Below, in pieces: positions 21,680 through 32,101 of a DNA stretch of 64,000 nt. Made by a program: the position numbers and the translations under genes. This stretch comes from Amphiscolops sp. MND2022 (Eukaryota), in assembly GCA_964187785.1 (NCBI GenBank), contig OZ076409.1, positions 30,196,001-30,260,000 of the forward strand. The letters run 5' to 3'. Position 1 is the stretch's first letter, and every line of letters begins with the position of its first letter. Under the pieces are notes generated by a model. It saw nothing but the letters and a program-made list of their open reading frames with translations, was not told the origin of the DNA and made no database searches.

Positions 21680-22162
21680 CAGAGCTGGCAGTATTTCACG
21701 GAAAATATCTAAAGTTACACGCGTTATTTCACAGAATTTTTGAAACATTTATACGCTCATTTTCAGGGATTTTACTTGATTACACACACTGCTTTTTCAC
21801 GGAGAAATGAAAACAAAAATGATGACAAAAATTTATAATTTTTTGACGTTGAAGTATAAAAACAAGATTTGTTCTAAATTTTCTTCACCAAAAGATCGCC
21901 TGTCGTCTGACAGAACATTGTTGAAGTGCGCAATTACTTGCTCAACATCCGCGGAAGCTCATTTTCAATGTTCTTTCTTTCAATTACATTCGCATTCAAA
22001 TTTGTTAAGAAACTTCTTGATTTTTGAGTGATCAAATTGACCAATACGCGCGCTTCATCGAACAAGTTGACGAATCACACGCAGCGCGTCACGGAATTAA
22101 CCAATCAAACGAATACACGCAAATTACACGAAATTTCACGCCGTGAATAACTGCCAGCCTTG
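21680..22162. mobile_element. hAT-type MITE inserted in the BED-finger coding sequence
   Basis: TIRs CAGAGCTGGCAGTATTTCACGG / CCGTGAATAACTGCCAGCCTTG; TSD GTTAAATG at 21672-21679 and 22163-22170; removal restores RVKCIHC. Confidence 0.9.
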
Positions 22163-22241
22163 GTTAAATGCATCCATTGTGATTATGAATCATCCTCAGG
22201 ATCCCAAACTCAGGATCCAGGATCCCAATCCTCAGGATCCA

Positions 22242-22410
22242 AAACTACGGTCCCTGTTTTGGGTTTTGATAATTATATTCGCATGTTTTTTGTTATAATG
22301 TTTCTTCATCCGATCAGCTTGAGAGGCTCTCAAGCTGATCGGATGAAGAAACATTATAACAAAAAACATGCGAATATAATTATCAAAACCCAAAACAGGG
22401 ACCGTAGTTT
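22242..22410. repeat. Perfect 169-bp palindrome (84-bp arms, 1-nt centre)
   Basis: 22242-22325 is the exact reverse complement of 22327-22410; the arms consist of BED coding sequence plus the inner hAT TIR tip. Confidence 0.95.
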
Positions 22411-23870
22411 CATGCGCGCCTCTAAAATCACATAATGAGCGCGTAAACGGACATTTTTAAGAATGTGCATAAAAGCGCATAATCGAGGCCATAATGCAGG
22501 GTTAAGATCACACCGAAACGAAGGACTCTCGTTTTCAACTAGTACACTGTACAATTGGCAATTTGACAGTCTTTCGTTCCGGTGCGCCCCAAATCCAGCA
22601 ATTTTTTTGGACAGCAAAATACTTGTTAGTGATGGAAAGCACAGATTATATTTCAAACAAAGATGCCAAGAAGTTTTTAAATTGAATAAATTTCAAATGC
22701 ATCTTGTTTCAATTTCCAAATGAGTTTTTATATATTTTATATACCGTTTTCATCGAATTTCTTGATATTCCTATCTCAAGTGATGCGGAAATTACAGAAG
22801 TTCCTTCAGTGTTGCATGGCAGAAAACGGAAACACGTTAGAAAAATGTCTGCAAAAGAAAGCTCAACAAAGGGGTAACGAATGTTTTTATGCTGATAGTG
22901 ATATTTTCTTTTGCCGAGCCTATGCGAAAGCAGTGGATCACAGCCGCCAGAGTGTTCTGAAGTTGCACTGTCAGTCGCAAAGTCACATGAAAAACATGTC
23001 AAAAAAGACTTTACCCTAGCAAAAAACGCTCACAACAATGTTTGCTTCGAACAATGACTGTCGAAAACATTCAGCTTATAACGGATTTCGTCAGATGGCT
23101 TGCGGCCAATAAAATCCCATTCAATGTTGCGGACAGCAAGACCACAGAATATTTAGCAAAAACCCATATTCGTGCGGGTGGAGCAATTCCGGAGTCGAAG
23201 GCACTGGTTCCCTACTTTGAAGACTGCGCTAAAGTAGAGAAAAATTGAAAAAGCTAATGTCGGCAAGAAAATAAACATCTTCGATGAAACGTCGGATCCG
23301 TGTGGCAGATTCGTTTGTTCCATTTCATTCACATTTTAATAACCGAGCGTCAACAAAGCCTACAATAAAATCATGAAATAGTTCTCTGAAAATGATGGTT
23401 CTCACCGTGCTCGGAATTTTGATATTGAATACTTTCATCCTGTCAAGAGCCCCAGTTTTCAAAATTTGCTGGAACTTATGGCGTTGCAGTCTGCCACAAA
23501 TGTCTACAATAAAATCATGAAATACTTCTCGGAAAATGATGGTTCCCACCCTGCTCGGAATTTTGATATTGAATGTTTTCATCCTGTCAAGAGCCTCAGT
23601 TTTCAAACTTTGCTGCAACTTATGGCTTTGCAGTCTGCTCTTCTACCGCAGTAGAAAGTGTTTAGTTACTTCAATTAACTTTTTACCGACCACAGACATA
23701 ATTCAGGCTTAAAGACAAAGAGTTGATGTTTCTGTACATAAATGCCAGTTTCTTTTGTTTTAAAGAACCAGAATACATTGCCAACGGGCGCATATTTTCC
23801 AAAAACTGAGCAAGAGCCTCTAAAAATGCATAATTTGCCGAATAATCTGCGCATAAAACTGCGGTCCCTG
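22396..23870 (+). mobile_element. Internally deleted hAT element with CGGBP1-like transposase N-terminus
   Basis: TIRs CAGGGACCGTAGTTTCATGCGC / GCGCATAAAACTGCGGTCCCTG; FFCRAYAKAVDHSRQSVLKLHCQSQSH, then LITDFVRWLAANKIPFNVADS...HIRAGGAIPES, then IFDETSD. Confidence 0.8.
23361..23639 (+). repeat. 144-bp tandem duplication inside the hAT transposase remnant
   Basis: tacaataaaatcatgaaata... begins at 23361 and again at 23505; two diverged copies. Confidence 0.9.
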
Positions 23871-23964
23871 CTCCAATGCAAAGCGAAGCATGCATCAAAG
23901 TCACTAATATTAAACAAGACGCCCGCTGAGCACCGGAATATTTTCCCCTAAAAATGTAACGCAT

Positions 23965-24026
23965 AGCACAATTTGGAACCCACGACCTTGTGCCTGCCAA
24001 GCAGCCGCACTACCAACTGAGCCATA
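23965..24026 (-). other. tRNA-derived SINE-like head (Ala-like)
   Basis: Minus strand TGGCTCAGTTGGTAGTGCGGCTGCTTGGCAGGCACAAGGTCGTGGGTTCCAA: A-box plus degenerate B-box. Confidence 0.55.
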
Positions 24027-25371
24027 GTAACTAAATTAGGTGCTAACTGATAGCTATTTATTTACTTTAATTACCATATGCTATCGTCCATAGCTATTTT
24101 AGTTACTTGACTAGTAACTAAAATAGTCAAGTAAGTAGTTGAAATAGTCAAGTGATGGAGCGTGGAGATTTGGCAGAATTGGTAAATACAAACGCAACAC
24201 AGCTTATGATTTTCCTCCCCGATTCACAAATAAATTTGTGGGGGCGCAAAATAACAATTTCTTGTGACAACCACGCCAGAAATGACAGAATCGTTTGACT
24301 TAGCTGTTGACAACTTTGCCATTGCGGAAATTATGAAGAAGTGATGGAGAAACTGCACCCGGGCTATGACCCTCCGTCAAGGAAGCGCCTAGCAAATGAC
24401 AAACACTCGATACATAAATTTTGTTTTTCAGCGGATTCCCTTCATCTCCGATATTTCGGTGAACATCTCACTCAATCAGAATGGGAACAAGCCAATAATT
24501 TAATTGAGGAAGAATTCCAAGATGCGTTTGCTGATTCTCTCAATTTCATTTGCGGTGATAATTTGCGAGTGAAAGAAGCGTACGAAAAATTTGGAGATCA
24601 CAACAAACAAAAAAATGAAAAAATTCATGAAATCCCAGAGTATTTGTGGAAATTTGGCACATCCACTTATGAAGGTTGCTGATATTCTGAATGTTTTAGT
24701 TCCAAGCTCAGCTGGACTCGAGCGAATATTTTCTATCATGGGTTTTATCTGCGATAGCAAAAAGAAGAGACTCGATCCAGAAAAACATAAACTAGTTTTT
24801 TGTTATAAATTGCTGCAGGAATTAACTTTTTCAACATTTTATACAATTTTAACGTTAGAAATGAAAATTTTGTGGTAGAAACCTATCACTGTTCCTATTT
24901 GAAACGATGTTTCGGTTCTTTTGTTTGATCCTTTGTTCAAGTGTAGGATCATAGTTCTTCATTCAAGTAACAATTAGTTTCGGAGTTTGAATCTTTTCAG
25001 TGAAACTCGTCTGGTTTGCATTTTTGCAAAATTGAAAAATTACCATGTCCTGATGATTCTACCTTGAATTGAAATCAGCGTGGTGTAAAATGATTTTCAG
25101 GGAAAAGAACGCGCACCATCGAAAGAGTCGTCTGCAAATTTCTATGGAATGAGATTTCATCCCAAAAATGCTATGGACTTTTTTTGAAAATTTTTGCAGT
25201 TGCAGAAATATTGTCAAGCCCCGAAGAGGTCGGCTTCACTGGGAAAACACTGAGCTCATTGGTTTACTAGATTTCAGTTTGGTGAAAAAAGTTGAATGAT
25301 TGGAAGAACATATTCAAGCAGTCAATACTCCAGTTGAATGCGTTTGTTGCAATTTGGAATACTATTTGTAG

Positions 25372-25612
25372 ATGAAGAAGTGACTGGAAATGGCGACCAT
25401 TACAAGAAGCATTCTCTTAACGTGGAGGCATCGACGTCAGACTCGGCTAGAGATCAATCAAGCACAGATGGTACTAAAATTGATCACCAGTTGCAGTACA
25501 GAAGAATCGAAATGCTCTTAACCCAAAAACGCGCCGAGGGTGCATTGCTAAAAGACTTGCTCTGTAAACTACACGAAAATCAGCGAACCACTATTGAAAA
25601 TACTTTCAAACA
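25372..25612 (+). CDS. PLCB4: PLC-beta exon, CTD coiled coil
   Basis: tttgtag acceptor phase 1, CA/gttagt donor phase 2; ...QLQYRRIEMLLTQKRAEGALLKDLLCKLHENQRTTIENTFKQ; phase fits both neighbours. Confidence 0.78.
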
Positions 25613-25774
25613 GTTAGTATTACAAACTGTCACTCTTTGTATTCGTTTCATTCGGTCCAGTTCTCGGGAAAGTTGTCAATAGCAGAACATCTCATTTTAC
25701 TAAATCTCTTCTAGCTCACTTTCAACAATGTTTTTCAAGAAAAGTTGGACTAATTTTTAGGAGTCGGAAAACAT

Positions 25775-26510
25775 TTTCGACTACTTATGCAATCGTGTCG
25801 TTTTCTTTTTTGTTATTTTTTCTCCCAACCTTTCAATGAAAATTTCAAATTTCTCAAAAACTGTCATACGATTTTCATAAAATTTTGCACAGTCATTTTA
25901 CACCCAAAGGGGCCCCTGCTAGCGCAAAGGCATCAAAATCGTATGACTGGGATGTGAGAAACATAGCCAAAATTATTCCAAAAATGGCAAAACAGCCATT
26001 TTTCGACTTTTTCCGATTTTCTTAAACTCTCCATACGATTCGAACGAAATTTTCTACAGTCATTCTACACCATATTATGGTCCTTTGTGCAATTTCATCT
26101 AATTCGTATGACTGGGATTCGAGCGCGTCAGAAGAAAAAAGACCTAAGTCGACTCCTTTACCGCATATGTGGCTCTGGTTCTAAAAGCGAAGTGACCATA
26201 AACGTGCTTATTGCCAAAATGACAAAATCAAAGCGTCCTCGTGTTCATTTTGGGTCCTCCTTTTTTCTTCCAAACTTCAATGAAAATGCAAAGTTTCTCA
26301 AAAAGTGTCCATACGATTCGAATGAAATTTTTACATTAATCCTTACACCATATTAGGGTGTTATGTGGGCAGTGACATCAAAATCGTCTGTGTGTGGTTT
26401 GAGAAACAGCCAAACTTAGTCCAAAAATGAGCAAAAAGCAATAAAGTAGGTGATTTTTTTTTAATATTTTAATCCGTTTCCGACTCCTTTACCGGACATG
26501 TGGCTCTGGT
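25775..26510 (+). repeat. Two tandem copies of another HINE-like family (ends CGACTCCTTTACCG(C/G)A(T/C)ATGTGGCTCTGGT)
   Basis: Repeated blocks catacgatt...aaattt...cacc and catcaaaatcgt; same terminal motif at ~26150-26180 and ~26481-26510. Confidence 0.6.
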
Positions 26511-28109
26511 AGCAATGGTCTGATTTCAGGCTCTATTTTCAGCACTATGTGACTTTTTGGAAAATTCTTACATTTCACAAAATGTTTTCACCTTTGATTT
26601 TCAAAAACTTTCCAGTGAGAAAAAAGCCGTTTTCAGCTCGAAGGGGATTATTTTTTGCTTTGTGAGCCTTCAAACTTCCCATGAATACAGCCATTTAGTA
26701 TTTTGACAGGTAAAACAGGTTTTTCAAGCCCAAAGAGATTTCCTTCTAGTTGCTCTGGTTACTATTTCTCTCAATATCGTGATTTTTGTCTTGACTTACT
26801 ATTGAGTTTGTTGGCTATTGCTTCCAGTCTAATTCTCATCTTCGTTATTCAGCCCAAGGGGCTTAGTAATGCTTCAAGAACTTCTGAAGTCCAAATTACT
26901 GATTTGAAAGCGAAAAGCGGACTCTAATCAACAAATATCAATATCCTTACGAATAAGAAAGAGAAAATAAAATGGAGAAGACTGACCCTAAGACTTGTGG
27001 TCCCTGTTCGGATTAAGATTGGATTTAGCTGGATTTCTCTGGCAGTTTCGCCTGTGGGCAAATTGTAGCAGGTCAAGTTCTACTTGTTGGCGATACTTGG
27101 GCTCATCTTGATGCTCTAATCCGAAAGATTTTGATATTATATTTGTTTCTCTTGATCACAAACTGCATCAAGCTAAGTTAAAAGCGGTTAAATGCTTCTG
27201 TGTTCATGACCATGACCCGGATCTTATTGCTTGAACTACCACGGCGTCTCTAGCTAGACATTTCTAAGAGGGGAGTCGAAATGAATCTTATCAGAGAAAA
27301 ATCGTGCATGTATATGTAAATTTTGAAATTCGAAAAATGGTAGGTTTTTCACTACCGAGAAAAAATGAAAACACTTCTGTCTCTCCACCCCACCATCAAA
27401 ACTTTAGGAACATTAGAGGAAAATAATTTTAAAAAATTCAAACTGGGACGATTTGAAAAATGTTCAACTGGTTTGTCTAATGAACATTTTTTGAAGGGGA
27501 TGCCGCACGGTCGCCTCCCCCAAAAGACGCCACTGGTGTTCTAAAACGCAATTTTTTGAGCAATTTTCATTTAGATGCTGATTTTACGCGATAACGCAAT
27601 TTTCACCCATTCCTCAAAGAAATGATTGGTAATTCTCAGGTAGAAATCAAATTGACTGCAATCATTGACAACTATAAGGCTCGGATGAGCGGTCCTTTGC
27701 TACAACGTTCCAAGTGCAAATGAATCAACCTTATTTTGACAAATATGACAATCCTTCACAATGACACATTTGGAATACTATTCAGCAGTGTTATGTAATA
27801 CCGATTGTCAATTCATTTTTATCGGCAAAAAGATACATCCTTTTTTACAGTCGCAATTTTTAACGCAATTTTGGTCGAATTTTAAAGCATTGTTTTGCGC
27901 ACTTTCATTGAAATGATGCAATAAAAATCCAAGCCTCTAGATAACATTACAATTTCTAAAATACTTGTAAACAATCTTCATCATTATTCACTATGCTTCT
28001 TGAAGCACAAATTATCTCTATTATTCTAAAATGTTTTAATGAAAGGTTTTAATTTAGTACTAGCGCGTTCTGAAATTGAGAAATTTCTTGAATCGAATAC
28101 TCTGTCAAG

Positions 28110-29740
28110 GTGATTTACGCGCTTGCACTTTAAGCGCAAAATTAAGTTGTAAGTGACGTCATTTTCAGGTAAGCGTCAGCGACTTGCAAATGCAGGTGCG
28201 CTCAATACTGCAAAATTATTGGCTCAATAAGGTGGACCGGAACAGAGATCTCAAAGCATTTTTGTTGAACTCATTTCTTGTGACATTTTTGCTCACAGAA
28301 ATGTCGTTTGATTAGGAGGCTATTCATTGAGTCGAAATTAAAATATTCAGAGCGTCGAAATTAATAATACCTATTCATCGCTTCGAAAAATTTCATATCA
28401 GCGATTCTTTTCAGATTATGATTTGAAGCGGTTAGCATATTTGTTCTATGACTCGATCGCTTCGCTCCCTTCGCCAAGTAGCAACAATGAGGCAGGGCCA
28501 TATAGAACGTCGCTCCGCTTCGCTTCGCTCCTGCATTTAGGGCGCTAGGAGTATGAACACAGCTGACTACGTTATAATATTAATTTTATTGACTGCTAAT
28601 CTGACGAAATATTTAGTTCAAATCTGAAGTTTCAACTGATAGGAATCGAGTCTGCTCATTAGCACGAATATTACTTAATGCTATTTGACTGGTCTGCTTG
28701 TTAGACGCACTCCAGACGCATTATTTGAAGTGTACGATGCAAGCGACGTGTTTCCGTCTGGTTTAGTGCTTTAGTGAAGAGTCACAGAATTTAATACTGT
28801 TTTCTAGAAACTATTGAAATACTTTGCAGAACGATAAATTAAAGCGTTAAAAGTAAATTATTTTTTAATTTTTTTTTGCAATTATTCAAAAATGAAGTAT
28901 TATTTTAACATCCCTGGTCCAAATGGTGTCATTGAATGTAATATGGATATATGGGGTATACAAAAGTTTTTAAAATCAAATGTATACATTTGCATACGGG
29001 AAGCGGCTCGTTATCCGTAATTCAGCATAGTTTTTTAGTTGAAAACGGGATCTTTCTGGTGTTTGCACTCATTTAATAATTGAAGATTGTTCAGATACTG
29101 TTTTTGAGCAAGTATATTCCAATATATTGCTGAACCAGTACATTGGAGAAATGGGAATTTTTAGATATTCTGAAAAGATCTCAAGTTTTGCTTTTATTGC
29201 CTCTTTCTGCTCAATGTTTTAGCAGTACAGTGTTATTCGGATATAAGATGGCCTGCCTAGTTCAGGTTTAAATGATGGCTTTTTAACCGAAGGACTCCAT
29301 CCACCAGTGATTTACGCGCTTGCACTGTAACCGCAAAATTAAGTGTAAGTGACGTCATTTTCAGGTAATCGTAGCAAGCATCAGCGACTTGCTAATGCAG
29401 GCGCGCTTAATACTGCAAAATGATTGTCTGAATTAGGCGGACCGGAACCAAGACCTCAAAGCATTTTTGTTGAACTCATTTCGGTGCCTATTCATAGAGC
29501 AGAAATGAAAATTTGATCCCATACAGCAGAATTCGAATTGCTAGATTTTAGTGCTGTTACAGCCAATATGTTTAAGCTTGATTCGTTTGAAAAAGTTTGC
29601 ATATTGTATGGCTCGGTTGCTTCGCTCCCATCGCCAAGTAGCAACATTGAGGCTTGGTCATATGGCACGTCGCTCCGCTTCGCTCCTGCTTTTACGGCTC
29701 TGTGAACATAGGGGTTTGTAAACATAGCTGACTCCATTAT
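28110..29740. repeat. Diverged direct duplication (~1.2-kb spacing) including a GAGCGAAGCG-type repeat
   Basis: gtgatttacgcgcttgcact...ttgaactcatttc at ~28110-28277 and ~29307-29482; gcttcgctccc...cgtcgctccgcttcgc at ~28440-28570 and ~29600-29735; the same family lies inverted at ~21045-21230. Confidence 0.75.
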
Positions 29741-29999
29741 AATGATAATTCCGACAAAATTTTACACGAGTTTTCAGCTTAGTGAATTCAATTTCAAATT
29801 TCAGCCATTCAGATTGCAACATAAAGAGTTATTCTGCTGTTTGGCAGTTCGGCTGTTTGGGAATTCCCCCTCATTTCTTGTGACATTTTTGTTCACAAAA
29901 ATTTTGTTTGATTATACAGAAAATTATGATTTTCTTACACCAAAGAATGCTCTGACAGTCACATGTATATTATGCTCTGCTTCCATAAAGTTTATGTGA

Positions 30000-32060
30000 A
30001 GATCAAAATACAATTTGAGTCAACATTATAATTTTTCGCACAAAAATGAGTACTGTACGCTCTGCACGATTTGAAGTTGGTGGAATCCATTTCAAATTTC
30101 CTCAAGATTCGGGTTTAGAAGCTTTTTGAGAAAGCTTCTGGCAAATTGTTGGAAGCCTTGGTCACTATTGCTACCGATAACGTCAAGCATTCTTTTACTG
30201 CTATCTTGCCCGCTTACAACTCGATAACTGATCCATACATTGCCCCCACTACTCCATTCTCAAAGTCTTCATTCTCAATAATTTTGGAACTTTTCGACAG
30301 ATATTTTCCCGTTTTTGGGAAACGAGAAATCACATCGTAGAACAAAACACGAACATCGTACATATAGATGTTGTCTTCTTGAAGTTTCATGGTGACTGAT
30401 TGATTGTATCACTGCCATTTCTTTTGCAAGAATTGTTTTTATTGCACATGACGAAGTCAATGTGCATTGCAGTCCAGCTAAGAAAGTTTTTTTTCCACAA
30501 TAGTCAACTTCATAATGAGCGCCTTTTAGACAAAAGCCAAAACCCCTGAGAGATTCGAACCTGCAGCCTCCCGATTGCACGGCATAAGTGTTTGACCTCT
30601 GTGCCATAGCGACGTTATTGAACAAAGTTGAACTGTTGATTATATACGTATGCGATTAAAATAATATATATACGCATATTAAAATAATGTCTTCGTCATG
30701 TGTTGCGAAGCACCGCTTCGCCTCTGTGTTTGAATTTCTTTAGCGTTTGGTAAAAAAATCATAATAATCACTACCCGCATTGTCAATGTAATCTTTGATT
30801 TCAAGAAACCTCGTTACAAGGCTGAAGTCTGCTGACCACCGTGTTGTTCAACGTAAAATTGGCTTATTTAAAGTTTAATCCAACTCAAAACAATGAAGTT
30901 GTGGTCACGTGACTAGAATTTTTTACTTCTCACAACCTGGTTAATCTAGGGCATAAAATATTGTTTTGGCTTGCAATAAATAATCAATATTTTATAACCT
31001 AAAAATAATAATTGACATGGTGTAAGTCAAAAAAATAAAATTTTTTGATAATGGATTGCAATTATTTCAGAAGCAATTTATTTTTGGGATGCCTGACTGT
31101 AAAGCAACGGTGATACGCAAACAAAAGCAATTTTTTGATAATCAAATGAAAACTTCAGCTCCTCCTTATCTGAAGCCGGAAAATTACCTTTTCTGTTGTA
31201 CAAAAATAAATCGAAAAAGGAAGTGTACAGATCACAATAACAACTTCGCCTTGGTTTATCAGCTTCATCAACGATGTTGATCCGCGATATAAATGTCCTT
31301 CGTATGCTCAAATAGTGAAAAACGCAACGGAAATCTGACGCTTTCCGCTCTGAAATGGTACAAACTCTGAACACCCTGACATACAGTATAGCTATCGATG
31401 GATTCGAATCAATGGGACATCCTTCATTGGCTGCACTTACATTGACTTTCCATCTTCGCAGGTGATTTCTAAAATGGTATTCCTACGGGAGCTTCTACAA
31501 GGACCGAGTGCTGTAGAAATTTTGAGCGCATTGAAAAACAAGTTCTCGGTGCCGTTCTCAATATCCACTGATAATTGCAGCACCAATAAAAAAAGCTTTC
31601 CAATTTATCACAAAAACGGACTTCATGAAATACTGTGGAGTTGAAAATGAGCAGCTGGAAGAAGTTTGCATTGTTGAACATCAGTCCGAAACTATTCTTC
31701 CTGCTGAATTCATCAGCTGGATTGGATGCGCCGTACAAATTTTGCACCTCTGTTTCTGATGGACTGAAACAATGACGTAATTATATCGCAATGCGATAAT
31801 AAAATGCTGCAAAGTTGCTCAACTCGATCATCGTTCCACGCAACTCAGCGCGCACCCTATTGTCGTATAAAGCTGAACAACAACGTTCGTTGGAATTCAA
31901 CAATGTTAATGATAAACATATTTTTGGAAAATAAAGAACAATTCAATTTAAAAGACCAGCGTCGAAACTCCGGAATGATTATTTTTTCTCGCTATGATAT
32001 TACTAATTTTCAAAATTAGAAATTGAGAAAAAGATACCCAGATACACGGCTGGAAACTGG
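30000..32060. mobile_element. Decayed hAT-like transposase remnants
   Basis: Plus strand IAIDG (~31390), ISTDNCSTNKK and KLNNNVRWNSTMLM; minus strand WIPPTSNRAER (~30060-30090). Confidence 0.6.
30538..30612 (-). other. tRNA-derived head (TGC, Ala-like) next to a family-B HINE 3' end (30703-30730)
   Basis: Minus strand TGGCACAGAGG...GTGCAA...GGTTCGAATCTC; adjacent gaagcaccgcttcgcctctgtgtt terminus. Confidence 0.5.
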
Positions 32061-32101
32061 AGAATCATGTTTCATGCTTTTCCTAAACACCAGGTGGCCT
32101 T

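Larger units (their letters stand above)
21438..24880 (+). mobile_element. Degenerate hAT transposon (BED finger to dimerisation domain) carrying nested insertions
   Basis: Reassembles as KRDAVWSEY...VKCIHCDYE..SQADRMKKHYNKKH (BED finger), LHPGYDPPSRKRLA, and VPSSAGLERIFS.MG...K.RL (hAT C-terminus); CAGCGGTGGATTAA candidate left TIR; right end not found. Confidence 0.8.

Noticed and set aside
26700..27200. Possible Gypsy-like gag/protease remnant on the minus strand
   Set aside because: Too degraded; no intact motif I can defend.
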